Origin: an uncultured Rhizobiaceae group bacterium
GTDB lineage: Bacteria; Pseudomonadota; Alphaproteobacteria; Rhizobiales; Rhizobiaceae
Direction: 5' to 3'
Length of the DNA: 47,858 nt
Assembly (NCBI GenBank): GCA_938030595.1
Contig: CALHIB010000003.1
Location: 1-47,858, forward strand
Shown: in pieces, positions 17,297 to 27,300 of the stretch
How positions within the stretch are numbered: the first letter of the stretch is position 1
Layout of the letters: each line of letters opens with the position of its first letter
Translations under genes and position numbers: made by a program
The notes under the pieces: model-generated
The model's database searches: none
What the model saw: only the letters and a program-made list of their open reading frames with translations
What the model was told of the DNA's origin: nothing

Positions 17297-17989
17297 ATGG
17301 AGAATAGCATGAAACAACGAGGGCTAATGGCTCAGCGTGAGACTAAATTTGCGCCTGTTACTGTCCAGGACATAAAACTTGATGGCAGCTTTTCAGGCTA
17401 TGCAAGTGTCTTTGGTGCTGTGGACCAAGGTAATGACATGGTGGCAAAGGGGGCGTTTGCAAATTCTTTGAAAAACCGAAAGCCCACAGACATACGCATG
17501 TTATTCCAGCATGACCCTGATCAGCCAATTGGATGCTGGAAAAAAATCATTGAAGATAAAAAAGGTCTGTACGTTGAAGGTAAGATTACACGCGGTGTGA
17601 GGCGCAGTGAAGAAGTCTTGGAGCTTATGCGAGAAGGTGCTTTGGATGGGCTATCCATTGGTTTCAAAACAAAGCGCGCGCGGGTAAATCCCGCAACAAA
17701 AATACGTACAATTTTGGCAGCAGACCTTTGGGAAATTTCCATTGTTACATTTCCGCTTCTTGAAGAAGCGCGGATTGAAACGGTGAAGAGTTTCAGAAAA
17801 AACAAACTTCCAACTCAACGAGAATTTGAACGATGGCTAACGCGGGATGCGGGGCTGTCGAGGCGTGAAGCAAAGATGATTATTTCAAATGGCTTCAACG
17901 CACTCCACGCTAAGCAGGATGCGAGCGTGGAACCAACCCTTGCAGACAAGATCCGCAAGGCAACACAAACCCTATCTTGCTTAAGATAA
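17297..17989 (+). CDS. HK97-family prohead protease (g4)
   Basis: FSGYASVFGAVDQGNDMVAKGAF...MLFQHD...PIG...GLSIGF, typical of S78 prohead proteases. An alternative ATG at 17309 follows a GGAGA RBS. Confidence 0.93.
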   Translation: MENSMKQRGLMAQRETKFAPVTVQDIKLDGSFSGYASVFGAVDQGNDMVAKGAFANSLKNRKPTDIRMLFQHDPDQPIGCWKKIIEDKKGLYVEGKITRGVRRSEEVLELMREGALDGLSIGFKTKRARVNPATKIRTILAADLWEISIVTFPLLEEARIETVKSFRKNKLPTQREFERWLTRDAGLSRREAKMIISNGFNALHAKQDASVEPTLADKIRKATQTLSCLR

Positions 17990-18004
17990 ACAAGGACATA
18001 AAAT

Positions 18005-19264
18005 ATGAAAACACAAATCAAACGCGCACCAGAAGCAAAAGCTGCAACCGGTCAAGCGCAAGATGTTGCAGAATGCTTCGATGAGTTTATGGAAGCATTT
18101 GAAGCCTTCAAGGAAACCAATGATGAACGCTTGGCACAAGTTGAAAATCAGGTTTCCGAAGATGTCGTTACGGTTGAAAAGATGAACCGTATCAATAAGG
18201 CGCTTGATGAACAAAAGTCCCTGATGGACAACTTGCTACTTAAAGGCAAACGTCCGTCTGTTGGTGGCACCGCAGTGACATCAATTGTAGGCATTGAACA
18301 CAAACAGGCGTTTAATGATTATATTCGCGGCGGTCGTGAAGATGGTCTTCGTCGCCATGAACAAAAAGCGCTTTCTTATGGTTCTGATGCTGATGGTGGC
18401 TACTTGGTACCAGATGAAACTGCTACTGAAATTGGCCGCCGTCTGGCGCTTGGTTCACCAATTCGCTCAATTGCTGGTGTGCAACTTGTTTCATCGTCAG
18501 TTTATAAAAAACCATTTGCAGTAACTGGACCTGCCACAGGATGGGCCTCTGAAACAGAAATCCGTTCAGAAACAGCTTCTCCAACCTTGTCTGAACTTCA
18601 ATTCCCAACCATGGAACTTTATGCAATGCCGGCAGCAACGTCTCAACTGTTGGATGATGCAGCTGTTGACATTGATGCCTGGATTGCAAGTGAAGTGGAA
18701 CAAGCTTTTGCAGAACAGGAAAGTGCAGCCTTTATTAATGGTGATGGCGTTAACAAACCACGTGGGTTCTTAACGCATTCTACCGTTGATGAAAGCAATT
18801 GGTCTTGGGGTAATCTTGGTACTGTTTCTACAGGCAACGATGGTGCCTTTGCAGATGAAGATGCCTCTGACACACTTGTTGATACGATCTATTCGTTGAA
18901 AGCAGGTCATCGTCAGAATGCAAATTGGGTCATGAACCGCAAGACACAAGCTGAAGTCCGTAAACTCAAGGATGCCGACGGTAATTACCTATGGCAAGCA
19001 CCTGCCGCAGTTGGGCAATCAGCGAGTCTGATGGGCTTTGGCGTTGTGGAAGCAGAGGATATGCCGGACATGGCAGCAAACAGTCTTTCAATGGCTTTTG
19101 GTGATTTCAACCGCGGCTATTTGATTGTTGATCGTGCAGGGGTTCGTGTTCTGCGTGATCCTTACTCAGCTAAACCCTATGTCTTGTTCTATACGACCAA
19201 GCGTGTTGGTGGTGGTGTTCAGGATTTTGATGCCATTAAACTTGTAAAATTCGGTACAAACTAA
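18005..19264 (+). CDS. HK97-family major capsid protein (g5)
   Basis: 419 aa with an N-terminal coiled-coil delta/scaffold-like region, then ...GGYLVPDE...ELYAMPAATSQLLDDAAVDIDAWI...FINGDGVNKPRGFL... Confidence 0.95.
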   Translation: MKTQIKRAPEAKAATGQAQDVAECFDEFMEAFEAFKETNDERLAQVENQVSEDVVTVEKMNRINKALDEQKSLMDNLLLKGKRPSVGGTAVTSIVGIEHKQAFNDYIRGGREDGLRRHEQKALSYGSDADGGYLVPDETATEIGRRLALGSPIRSIAGVQLVSSSVYKKPFAVTGPATGWASETEIRSETASPTLSELQFPTMELYAMPAATSQLLDDAAVDIDAWIASEVEQAFAEQESAAFINGDGVNKPRGFLTHSTVDESNWSWGNLGTVSTGNDGAFADEDASDTLVDTIYSLKAGHRQNANWVMNRKTQAEVRKLKDADGNYLWQAPAAVGQSASLMGFGVVEAEDMPDMAANSLSMAFGDFNRGYLIVDRAGVRVLRDPYSAKPYVLFYTTKRVGGGVQDFDAIKLVKFGTN

Positions 19265-19312
19265 CAACGTCTCCTCCCTCGTTGTTGCCCTATATTGGGC
19301 ATGTACTGAACT

Positions 19313-19343
19313 GGCCCCGTCAAAATTTGGCGGGGCTTTTCTT
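19313..19343 (+). terminator. Intrinsic terminator immediately after the capsid gene, inside the GTA cluster
   Basis: Stem GCCCCGUC/GGCGGGGC (8 bp, one G-U) with a 7-nt loop, followed by TTTTCTT. Sits in the 100-nt capsid-g6 gap. Confidence 0.6.
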
Positions 19344-19364
19344 ATTCTTAATCAGGAAAACCAA

Positions 19365-19934
19365 ATGCCATTAGCTATCCTAACGCCTCCTGAGGCCAAT
19401 CCTGTAAGCCTTCCACAAATCAAACGCCATTTGCGTATCGATCATGCGGAAGATGATGAATATTTGATCGAAATTGCCGAGGCTGCGACATTGCATGTCG
19501 AAGCGTTAATTGGTCAATCACTCATCACTAGAACAGTACGCCAATTCGTAGATACGGTTCCTGCCAGTCGCAGTATTCCCTTGGAAGCATGGCCGATTAA
19601 CAATGTACAAGAAGTTCGAGGCTATGATCTGGAGGGTAATCCTAATCTGATTTCGGCGGATCATTACATGCTAGATAATCGAATGGATCCTGCTGCGTTA
19701 GTGTTAAATACAAATGTTAACTTCAACGCGTTTTCCAATGGTTTGGAAATTGACCTGGTTATCGGTTATGGCGAAACCGGGGTTGATATTCCCTCAAATA
19801 TCACGCGCGCAATTTTGGTACTGATTGCTCATTGGTATGAATTCAGAGGAACGCTACCAGCTGGTGATGAAACTGCCCTAATTCCTGATGGTTTAAACGT
19901 ACTTTTGGCACCTGTGAGAAAGGTGCATCTATGA
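19365..19934 (+). CDS. Head-tail connector / gp6-like head completion protein (g6)
   Basis: 189 aa. PVSLPQIKRHLRIDHAEDDEYLIEIAEAATLHVEALIGQSLITRT is typical of Phage_connect_1-type proteins. Confidence 0.85.
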   Translation: MPLAILTPPEANPVSLPQIKRHLRIDHAEDDEYLIEIAEAATLHVEALIGQSLITRTVRQFVDTVPASRSIPLEAWPINNVQEVRGYDLEGNPNLISADHYMLDNRMDPAALVLNTNVNFNAFSNGLEIDLVIGYGETGVDIPSNITRAILVLIAHWYEFRGTLPAGDETALIPDGLNVLLAPVRKVHL

Positions 19935-20266
19935 CAAAAATCAAAACCTATGATGCAGGACGATTTAATCGCCAACTCACTATCGAAAATGAAGTAGAGC
20001 TAGCAGATGGATGCGGTGGCTATGTCTCTCGTTATGAAGCGCAAGATACAGTTTGGGCTCATTTGTGCCCACTGCGTTCATCAAGTGTTGCACGGGCAGA
20101 TAATTCAGTAACCGAACTAACGCATCGTATCTTGATAAGATTTCGCCCAAACATCTCAGGCACCACGCGTTTTATAACAGGTAGCAGGAAATTTGAGGTT
20201 CAAACAGTAAGAGATCCTGATGAAACACGCCGGTATCTTGAGTGCGATTGTATCGAACGCAAATGA
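19931..20266 (+). CDS. Head-tail adaptor / head closure protein (g7)
   Basis: 111 aa. RFNRQLTIENEVELADGCGGYVSRYEAQDTVWAHLCPL...HRILIRFRPNI fits the Phage_H_T_join pattern. Shares a 4-nt overlap with g6. Confidence 0.85.
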   Translation: MTKIKTYDAGRFNRQLTIENEVELADGCGGYVSRYEAQDTVWAHLCPLRSSSVARADNSVTELTHRILIRFRPNISGTTRFITGSRKFEVQTVRDPDETRRYLECDCIERK

Positions 20267-20403
20267 GCAAACTATCAATAAAAATCACACAATTAGATCT
20301 GTCTCGCCTGCTTAAAAACTTAAGGTCAAATCAGAACCTAAATCGTAATACTCGCAAGAAATCAATTTTGCGGACAAGAAAATCAAACAGGAAAATTAGA
20401 TGA
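20263..20403 (+). CDS. Unlisted 46-aa highly basic ORF filling the g7-g8 gap
   Basis: MSKLSIKITQLDLSRLLKNLRSNQNLNRNTRKKSILRTRKSNRKIR. Its ATG overlaps the g7 stop (ATGA) and its TGA overlaps the g8 ATG (ATGA). Confidence 0.35.
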   Translation: MSKLSIKITQLDLSRLLKNLRSNQNLNRNTRKKSILRTRKSNRKIR

Positions 20404-20810
20404 CTCATCCGGCATTGGCATTGCAAGCGGCAATGTTTTCAAGACTTGATACTTCAAGTGAGCTGACAGTTTTACTCGGAGAGAGCTTTGTTTTTGATGA
20501 TGTACCCAAGTCAAAAAGCTTGCCTTACATCGTCTTTGCTGAATCCATACACAATGATTGGAGTACGGGTTCAGAGGAAGGCATGGAGCATTTTATCTCC
20601 CTTAATATCTGGTCGGACCAAAATGGACGCAAGGAAGCCATGACAATCGCACAGGCTGTCATCAATGCATTCAAGGATTTGCCAAGACTTCTTAATGATC
20701 ACGTACTCATAAATTTTGCCCATGAATTTACCGAGATTTCAAAAGACCAAGACACCGAACTGTTTTTGGCAAAAGTAAGCTTTAGAGCGGTTACTGAACC
20801 GCAAGAATAA
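20400..20810 (+). CDS. DUF3168-type tail completion/terminator protein (g8)
   Basis: 136 aa. ALQAAMFSRLDTSSELTVLLGESFVFDDVPKSKSLPYIVFAE matches the DUF3168 N-terminus, and it sits directly before the tail tube gene. Confidence 0.8.
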   Translation: MTHPALALQAAMFSRLDTSSELTVLLGESFVFDDVPKSKSLPYIVFAESIHNDWSTGSEEGMEHFISLNIWSDQNGRKEAMTIAQAVINAFKDLPRLLNDHVLINFAHEFTEISKDQDTELFLAKVSFRAVTEPQE

Positions 20811-20832
20811 TTTAATAAAAAGGAACAAACAT

Positions 20833-21246
20833 ATGGTTGCTCAAAAGGGTAAAGACCTGCTGTTGAAACTGAACTCTGATGGCAATGGTTTTGTAACGAT
20901 TGCGGGTCTCAGAGCTAGACAAATCTCGTTTAATGCAGAAACGGTTGACACAACAGATTCAGAATCAGCCGGCCGCTGGCGTGAACTATTGGCTGGTGCA
21001 GGCTTAAGGCGTACTTCCATTACTGGTGCTGGCATTTTTAAAGACGCGCAAAGCGATGAATTGGTTAAATCAACCTTCTTTGGAGCAAGCATTGTGCCTT
21101 GGCAAATTATTATACCTGATTTTGGTACTGTCGAAGGTTTATTCCAAATTGTATCACTTGAATATGCTGGGCAGCATGATGGTGAAGTTACATTTGACAT
21201 TGCCTTGGAATCCGCAGGTGAAATTTCGTTTGAAAGTATCAACTAA
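20833..21246 (+). CDS. Major tail (tube) protein, TP901-1-like (g9)
   Basis: 137 aa. KGKDLLLKLNSDGNGFVTIAGLRARQISFNAETVDTTDSES...WRELL..AG.RS.SITGAGIFKD. Confidence 0.9.
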   Translation: MVAQKGKDLLLKLNSDGNGFVTIAGLRARQISFNAETVDTTDSESAGRWRELLAGAGLRRTSITGAGIFKDAQSDELVKSTFFGASIVPWQIIIPDFGTVEGLFQIVSLEYAGQHDGEVTFDIALESAGEISFESIN

Positions 21247-21566
21247 TGGTCAATGCATTAAGGGGTGAAATTAGTGCTGATCTTGATGGTAAATCCTGGA
21301 CGCTATGCCTGACGCTAGGCGCGCTTGCTTGTCTGGAAAATGATCTGGGTGTTTCAAATCTAAATGAGCTTACAGAAAGGTTTTCAAACGGAAAACTAAG
21401 TGCGTCTGATATTTTAAATATCATCAAGGCAGGTCTTTCAGGTGGCGGCTATACGCTAACAACTCAAGAGATTGCTGATATGCGAGTAGAGGGCGGCGTT
21501 AGTGGCTATGTACAAATAGCCGCCAATTTACTCGAAGCTACATTTTCACCAAATCGCGATGAGTAA
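21246..21566 (+). CDS. GTA tail assembly chaperone-like protein (g10)
   Basis: 106 aa. GEISADLDGKSWTLCLTLGALACLENDLG matches the family annotated as gene transfer agent family protein. Confidence 0.8.
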   Translation: MVNALRGEISADLDGKSWTLCLTLGALACLENDLGVSNLNELTERFSNGKLSASDILNIIKAGLSGGGYTLTTQEIADMRVEGGVSGYVQIAANLLEATFSPNRDE

Positions 21567-21762
21567 AACTTCGCCACTTCCCTGGTCTCAACTCATGGCA
21601 TTTGGTCTTGGATACTTAAAACTTGCCCCCCATGTTTTTTGGTCAATGACCTTAAGAGAAATGGACTCTGCAATTGAAGGTTGTTTTGGAAAGACCATGA
21701 AACCAGGTTTCCCATCCAGATTGGCCGTCAACGATCTAATGGCTGAGTACCCAGATGAATAA
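21559..21762 (+). CDS. g10.1 / rcc01693-family small tail assembly protein
   Basis: 67 aa. LPWSQLMAFGLGYLKLAPHVFWSMTLREMDSAIEG. Has its own ATG, which overlaps the g10 end (ATGAGTAA). Confidence 0.75.
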   Translation: MSKTSPLPWSQLMAFGLGYLKLAPHVFWSMTLREMDSAIEGCFGKTMKPGFPSRLAVNDLMAEYPDE

Positions 21763-21776
21763 ATGGAAAAGAAACA

Positions 21777-22373
21777 ATGAATGATAACACCGTAACAGTT
21801 GATGTCTCGGCAGATACCAAGCAATTTGATCAGGCAATGGATGCATTAAACAATAGCACCAAAGATTTTGGTCGTGTCTTTTCTTCAACCATCAGTAGGG
21901 CCATTACATCTGGCAAAGGGTTCGAGGATACATTGCGCTCAATTGGGCAAAGATTTGCAGATTTGGCACTTAATCAAGCTTTAAAACCCTTGGAGAATAT
22001 TTTTAGTAACTTATTGGGTTCGGCAGTGGGCGCAGTTGGTGGTGGCATTGGCATACCAGGATTTGCCAAAGGCGGATTATTTGCAAATCAGTCTTTGGTG
22101 CCATTTGCAAATGGAGGCGTTGTGTCCAGCCCAACCCCTTTTGGTTTTGGACAACGATTGGGCGTAATGGGCGAGGCAGGGCCAGAAGCAATTATGCCAC
22201 TTAAGAGAGGCTCAGATGGCAAGCTTGGTGTAGCGTCAGCAACAAGTTCCGGCAATGCAATGAACGTGGTTTTTAATGTAAACGCGAACGACGCTGCAAG
22301 CTTCAAACGTTCTGAAGGTCAGATCACCGCAATGCTTGCAAGAGCAGTTTCACGCGGTCAGAGAAACTTATAA
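21777..22373 (+). CDS. Short tail tape measure protein (g11)
   Basis: 198 aa. Has a Gly-rich centre and FANGGVVSSPTPFGFGQRLGVMGEAGPEAIMPLKRGSDGKLGV, typical of GTA tape measure proteins. Confidence 0.8.
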   Translation: MNDNTVTVDVSADTKQFDQAMDALNNSTKDFGRVFSSTISRAITSGKGFEDTLRSIGQRFADLALNQALKPLENIFSNLLGSAVGAVGGGIGIPGFAKGGLFANQSLVPFANGGVVSSPTPFGFGQRLGVMGEAGPEAIMPLKRGSDGKLGVASATSSGNAMNVVFNVNANDAASFKRSEGQITAMLARAVSRGQRNL

Positions 22374-22390
22374 TTCAATAAAGGTTTGAT

Positions 22391-23038
22391 ATGAATTCAA
22401 ATACTTCATTTCATGAAGTAAGGTTTCCCACCGACCTTGCTTTAGGTGCTTCTGGTGGGCCAATACGTCGTACAGAAGTGATAACGCTTGGATCTGGAAA
22501 AGAACAGAGAAACTCAAGATGGGCACACTCAAGAAGAAGATACAATGCAGGTTACGGCATAAAGACAATAGAAGATTTGCAAACTGTTATAGAATTTTTT
22601 GAAGAGAGACGGGGTCGTTTGTATGGCTTTAGATTTAAAGACCCTTTAGATTTTAAATCTTCAAAAGCGGGCAAAGACATTACAGCTTATGATCAAACGA
22701 TTGGTCATGGTGACGGAGAAAAACGAACTTTCCAACTCATAAAAAGATATGGTGATGAGCAAACAGGCTATGTTCGCAGCATTAAAAAACCCGCCACAGG
22801 ACAACTCGCATTATCTATTAATGATACTGCAGTCACTGAAGATCAATACAGCGTTGACTGGAATTCTGGTTTAATTGAATTTAATTCAAACTCAATTCCA
22901 CAGAGTGATACGACTATCAAAGCAGGGTATGAATTTGATATTCCTGTACGGTTTGATGCCGATGAAATTTCTATCAACTTAACGCATTTTGAAGTGGGCG
23001 ATATTCCTTCAATACCATTGGTGGAGTTGTTGGTATGA
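22391..23038 (+). CDS. Distal tail protein, DUF2460/TIGR02217 family (g12)
   Basis: FHEVRFPTDLALGASGGPIRRTEVITLGSGKEQRNSRWAHSRRRYNAGYG is diagnostic for GTA g12. Confidence 0.9.
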   Translation: MNSNTSFHEVRFPTDLALGASGGPIRRTEVITLGSGKEQRNSRWAHSRRRYNAGYGIKTIEDLQTVIEFFEERRGRLYGFRFKDPLDFKSSKAGKDITAYDQTIGHGDGEKRTFQLIKRYGDEQTGYVRSIKKPATGQLALSINDTAVTEDQYSVDWNSGLIEFNSNSIPQSDTTIKAGYEFDIPVRFDADEISINLTHFEVGDIPSIPLVELLV

Positions 23039-23925
23039 AACAGATCTCACCGCAATTGAAAGCTCACATCTCAAACGAAACAACAACCCTTTGCAGGTGC
23101 TGGATTTTAAAGACAAAGCAGGGTGAAAGACTTGGCTTTACTGACCATGATGAAAATATATTACTAGAGGATGTAATCTGCGAAAGAGATGCAGGAGTTG
23201 AAGCAAGCAGTATTGAAGAGCGTCTAGGCCTTAATACGGATACAAACGAAGTTTCAGGTGCATTACAATCTTTGTATATTACCGCTGAAGATATCAACGC
23301 TGGTAAATACGATAACGCAGAAATATCAACTTACATTGTCAATTGGAAAAGGCCTTCAGAGTACTTTCTGGATCAGGTTTCCCTAGTCGGTGAAATTACC
23401 CAAGAAGATCATCATTACAGGATGGAATTGAGAAGCTTTACATCTCAGCTGGATCAAACAAAAGGTAATCACTTCATCAAAAGGTGCCAAGCAAACTTGG
23501 GGGATGAGAGGTGCAAATTATCTTTAAACGCAAGTAATTTTTCTGCGCTTGGCAAAGTTATTCAGGTTAAGACTAATGTTATCGTATGGGTGTCGGGTTT
23601 AAGTTCATTTGATAGCGGTTGGTTCCGTGGTGGTCATCTGAGTTGGACGACTGGAGAAAACGAAAGTCAAAAAATCGAAATTTCAGAGCATATTAAGCTT
23701 GATGAAATTGCTATCCTTCACCTATGGCAACCCATGCCAAATAAAATCAATTTGGAAGACAGTTTTTTAATAAAAGTTGGCTGTAACAAAGAATTTTTAA
23801 CGTGTTCTGAAAAGTTTTCAAACACCCAGAACTTCAGAGGGTTTCCTCACATGCCTGGTAATTCGTTCGTTGTGAGTTATGCGGGTAATTCAGACAATTT
23901 TGACGGTGGTCCAATCATCAAATGA
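23035..23925 (+). CDS. Baseplate hub protein, DUF2163 plus BR0599-type C-terminus (g13)
   Basis: TTLCRCWILKTKQGERLGFTDHDENI, and a C-terminal Cys-rich region ...CQANLGDERCK...CNKEFLTCSEKFSNTQNFRGFPHMPG. Confidence 0.9.
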   Translation: MKQISPQLKAHISNETTTLCRCWILKTKQGERLGFTDHDENILLEDVICERDAGVEASSIEERLGLNTDTNEVSGALQSLYITAEDINAGKYDNAEISTYIVNWKRPSEYFLDQVSLVGEITQEDHHYRMELRSFTSQLDQTKGNHFIKRCQANLGDERCKLSLNASNFSALGKVIQVKTNVIVWVSGLSSFDSGWFRGGHLSWTTGENESQKIEISEHIKLDEIAILHLWQPMPNKINLEDSFLIKVGCNKEFLTCSEKFSNTQNFRGFPHMPGNSFVVSYAGNSDNFDGGPIIK

Positions 23926-24386
23926 GAGAAAAAAGTTTAAGAAATAAAGTGGTTCGTGAGGCCCGCTTGTGGATTGGCACGCCTTATCTACACCAAGCGT
24001 CTGTTCGTGGGCATGGTGCAGATTGCTTGGGATTGGTACGTGGCGTTTGGCGAAAATGCATTGGTGAAGAGCCTGAGGCACTCCCTGAATACAGTGCTGA
24101 TTGGGGAGAGGTATCGGCACGTGAAAATATGCTCGAAGCTGCACAAAAGTGGTTTGTAGCGATTGACAAGGATCAAGCAATAGCTGGCGATTTATTGTTA
24201 TTCAGATGGAAAAACGCAAGCATTATTAAACACGCTGGCATCTTAACGAGCCCTTTGCGACATAAGCCAAATTTCATTCACGCCTACGAAAAAGCTGGTG
24301 TCGTTGAAACGACACTTGGCAATCAATGGAAATCAAGGGTGGTTGCTTGTTTTAGATTTCCATCTTCAGACATTATCAGAAAGTAA
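23922..24386 (+). CDS. NlpC/P60-family cell-wall peptidase (g14)
   Basis: ARLWIGTPYLHQASVRGHGADCLGLVRGVW (catalytic Cys) ...IKHAGIL...FIHAY. Confidence 0.9.
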   Translation: MREKSLRNKVVREARLWIGTPYLHQASVRGHGADCLGLVRGVWRKCIGEEPEALPEYSADWGEVSARENMLEAAQKWFVAIDKDQAIAGDLLLFRWKNASIIKHAGILTSPLRHKPNFIHAYEKAGVVETTLGNQWKSRVVACFRFPSSDIIRK

Positions 24387-24389
24387 CCT

Positions 24390-27300
24390 ATGGCAACAGT
24401 TGTATTACAGACAGTAGGCGCGGCCATTGGAGGCGCAATTGCCGGGCCATTTGGTGCGATATTAGGTCGAGCAGCAGGTGCTGCGGCAGGTTATGCAATT
24501 GATCAAACCTACCTTACAAAAGATCAGGTAATCCAGGGCCCGCGCCTTGAAAGTTCAAGAATCCTTTCTTCTGTTGAAGGTGCCCCAATACCAAAAATAT
24601 ACGGTAGAAACCGCATTTCCGGTCAGGTGATATGGGCGACAAGGTTTGAGGAAGTTGCAAATACACAAAAATCTGGCGGCAAAGGAACTGGTAGTTCTTC
24701 CAGTGCCACAAGTTTTTCTTACTTTGCAAATTTTGCCATTGGCTTATGTGAAGGTCCAATATCGGGGGTTCGAAGAATATGGGCTGATGGCCAAGAGTTG
24801 GATTTAACAAAAATCGAATTTCGTTTTTACAATGGAAACGAAGAACAAGAGCCTGACCCATTGATTGAGGCAAAGCAGGGGATAGGCAATACTCCAGCGT
24901 TTCGTGGAACAGCATATGTAGTCTTTGAAAGCCTGCCATTGGAAAACTACGGAAACAGAATTCCACAACTGTCTTTTGAAGTTATAAGAGTAATTGGCAA
25001 GCTTGAAACAGCAATTAAATCCATCACGGTAATACCAGGCTCGACGGAATTCGGATACGATCCGGAACTTGTTACAAGCGGTGGTGAAAACGAAGTTTAC
25101 AACGCGCATAATCGGCATGTTTCAATCGCTAGTTCCAATTGGAAAGCTTCAATTGATGAGTTGCAAATGGTATGTCCAAATTTGGAATCCGTTTCGCTTG
25201 TGGTAGCGTGGTTTGGTACAGATATAAGAGCTGCCGAGTGTATAATACAGCCAGGTGTAACAACCCAAATAGGCATTAAATGGCGGGTCAATAATCTGCG
25301 TCGTCATGAAGCTCATTTAATCTCACAGGTAGATGACCGACCTGCCTTTGGTGGAACACCTGATGATGATGCCGTATTGCGCGCCATTGCTGATCTAAAA
25401 GCGCGTGGCTTAAAAGTTGTCCTTTATCCGTTTATTATGATGGATATTCCAAACAATAATTCATTACCCGACCTTTCAGGAACAGGTGAACAACCAGCCT
25501 ATCCTTGGCGCGGCGAAATATCTTGTTTCCCTAAGCCTGGTGTTGAAAATACAGCTGATAAAACTGCTTCTGCAAGAGCTCAGCTAGAAACATTCAAGGA
25601 GCAGTATAATAAATTTATACTACATTATGCCAATCTTTGCGATCAGGCTGGAGGGGTCGATGGCTTTCTCATCGGTTCGGAATTAAGAGGCCTCTCAAGA
25701 GTAAGAGACAATCTGGGCAAGTTTCCATTTGTAGAAACTTTAATTGAGCTTGCCAGTCAGTGTAGAGCCATTCTTGGGAACTCTACGACCATTACATATG
25801 GAGCAGATTGGACAGAGTATTTCGGTTATCAACCGCAAGATGGCAGTGGCGATGTTTTATTCAATCTTGATGATCTTTGGGCATCGCCAGCGATAGATGT
25901 GATTGGCATAGATAATTATATGCCATTGTCTGATTGGCGAGATGAAGGCGACCCACAGAACAATCTTGCAACTTCAAATCACAATATTGATTATCTGAAA
26001 TCCAACATAGCACGCGAAGAAGGTTATGATTGGTATTATCAAAGTGAAGAAGATCGCTTAAACGGATCACGCACAGAAATAACCGATGGGCAAGGTGAAC
26101 CTTGGATATACCGTTACAAGGATATTCATTCCTGGTGGTCCAACTCGCATTATCATAGAAAGAATGGCATTCGCGAGACATCTCCAACCAATTGGGTGCC
26201 TAACTCCAAACCGATATTCTTTACAGAATTAGGATGTCCCGCAGTTGATAAAGGCACAAACCAACCAAATGTTTTCCATGACCCGAAATCAGCGCAATCA
26301 GCTTTGCCATATTTTTCTTCGGGTGGCCGCGATGATTTAATCCAAAGGAGATATTTGGAAGCCAATTATGAATTTTGGAGTGATCCTCAAAACAATCCGG
26401 TATCCAGTATTTATCAAGGGAGTATGGTTGATGTAGAAAACATGTCACCTTGGACTTGGGATGCGAGGCCGTTTCCATGGTTCCCATTGCAACTGGATGT
26501 TTGGAGTGATGGTGATAATTGGCATAAAGGCCACTGGCTGACAGGCCGACTTGGTGGAGCTTCTTTGCAGGATTTGATTGAAACCATCTTGGGTGATTTT
26601 GGATACATAAACTTCGAAGTTAAACTGGATGGTATTTTGGATGGGTATATTATTCCAAATCAGGCATCTGCTCGTTCAGCAATAGAGCCACTTTTAAGAT
26701 TGTATAATATTCAGGTGTTTGAAGAAAATGGCGTACTAATAATCAAGGATCGTCATTATGCAGATACGATTGAAATAAACGCTGAGCAATTGGTTCAAGA
26801 GGAAGGCGAGTTTGAAAAGACAACAAAACGCGATAATGAATTGGAACTTCCTGTAGAGGCGATCGTAACGCACGGTTCAATTTTTGGCGATTATGAAGAA
26901 ACTGCTACGAAGTCACGTCGACTGGAAGGAGGAAGCGATCGCCAAATAAGTTTGCAGGCACCTATTACAATGCCGGAAACATCAGCAAGAAAGCTGGCAG
27001 ACAAGAACCTTAGAGAAAGTTGGCTCGGGCGGCAGGAATGCAATGTTTCTTTATCCATCAGTGAAATGGAAGTAACGCCAGGAGACATTATAAAATTCTC
27101 GAACTCTCTTGGAGAAAAATGGCAGGTAAATAGTGTTGAGAGAAATCTGGCACAAAAGCTGTCCCTATCTTCAGTTGTTGATTTTCCAATTTTATCAGAA
27201 AATGAAACAACAACTTCTTATGCAAGTATTGTCCCGAGTTTTTATGGCAAACCAAATGTTGTATTTTTGGACTTACCGCTTTTAAATTCCAAAGACCAAA

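Noticed and set aside
20841-21242. A 133-aa ORF almost exactly antisense to the major tail protein gene. Other long antisense ORFs of the same kind: 14883..15380, 24514..24966, 30627..31046, 31141..31593 and 41572..42079.
   Set aside because: Each lies wholly inside a gene with a strong family signature on the other strand and has low-complexity or odd composition. The 31141..31593 ORF is the mirror image of Gly-rich GGT/GGC codons. I treat all of these as frame-shadow artefacts.
21540-21570. Programmed -1 frameshift joining g10 and g10.1, as with phage G/GT tail chaperones.
   Set aside because: g10.1 is in the +1 frame relative to g10, not the -1 frame. It has its own ATG overlapping the g10 end (ATGAGTAA), and I saw no X XXY YYZ heptamer just upstream. 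Independent, coupled initiation is the simpler reading.
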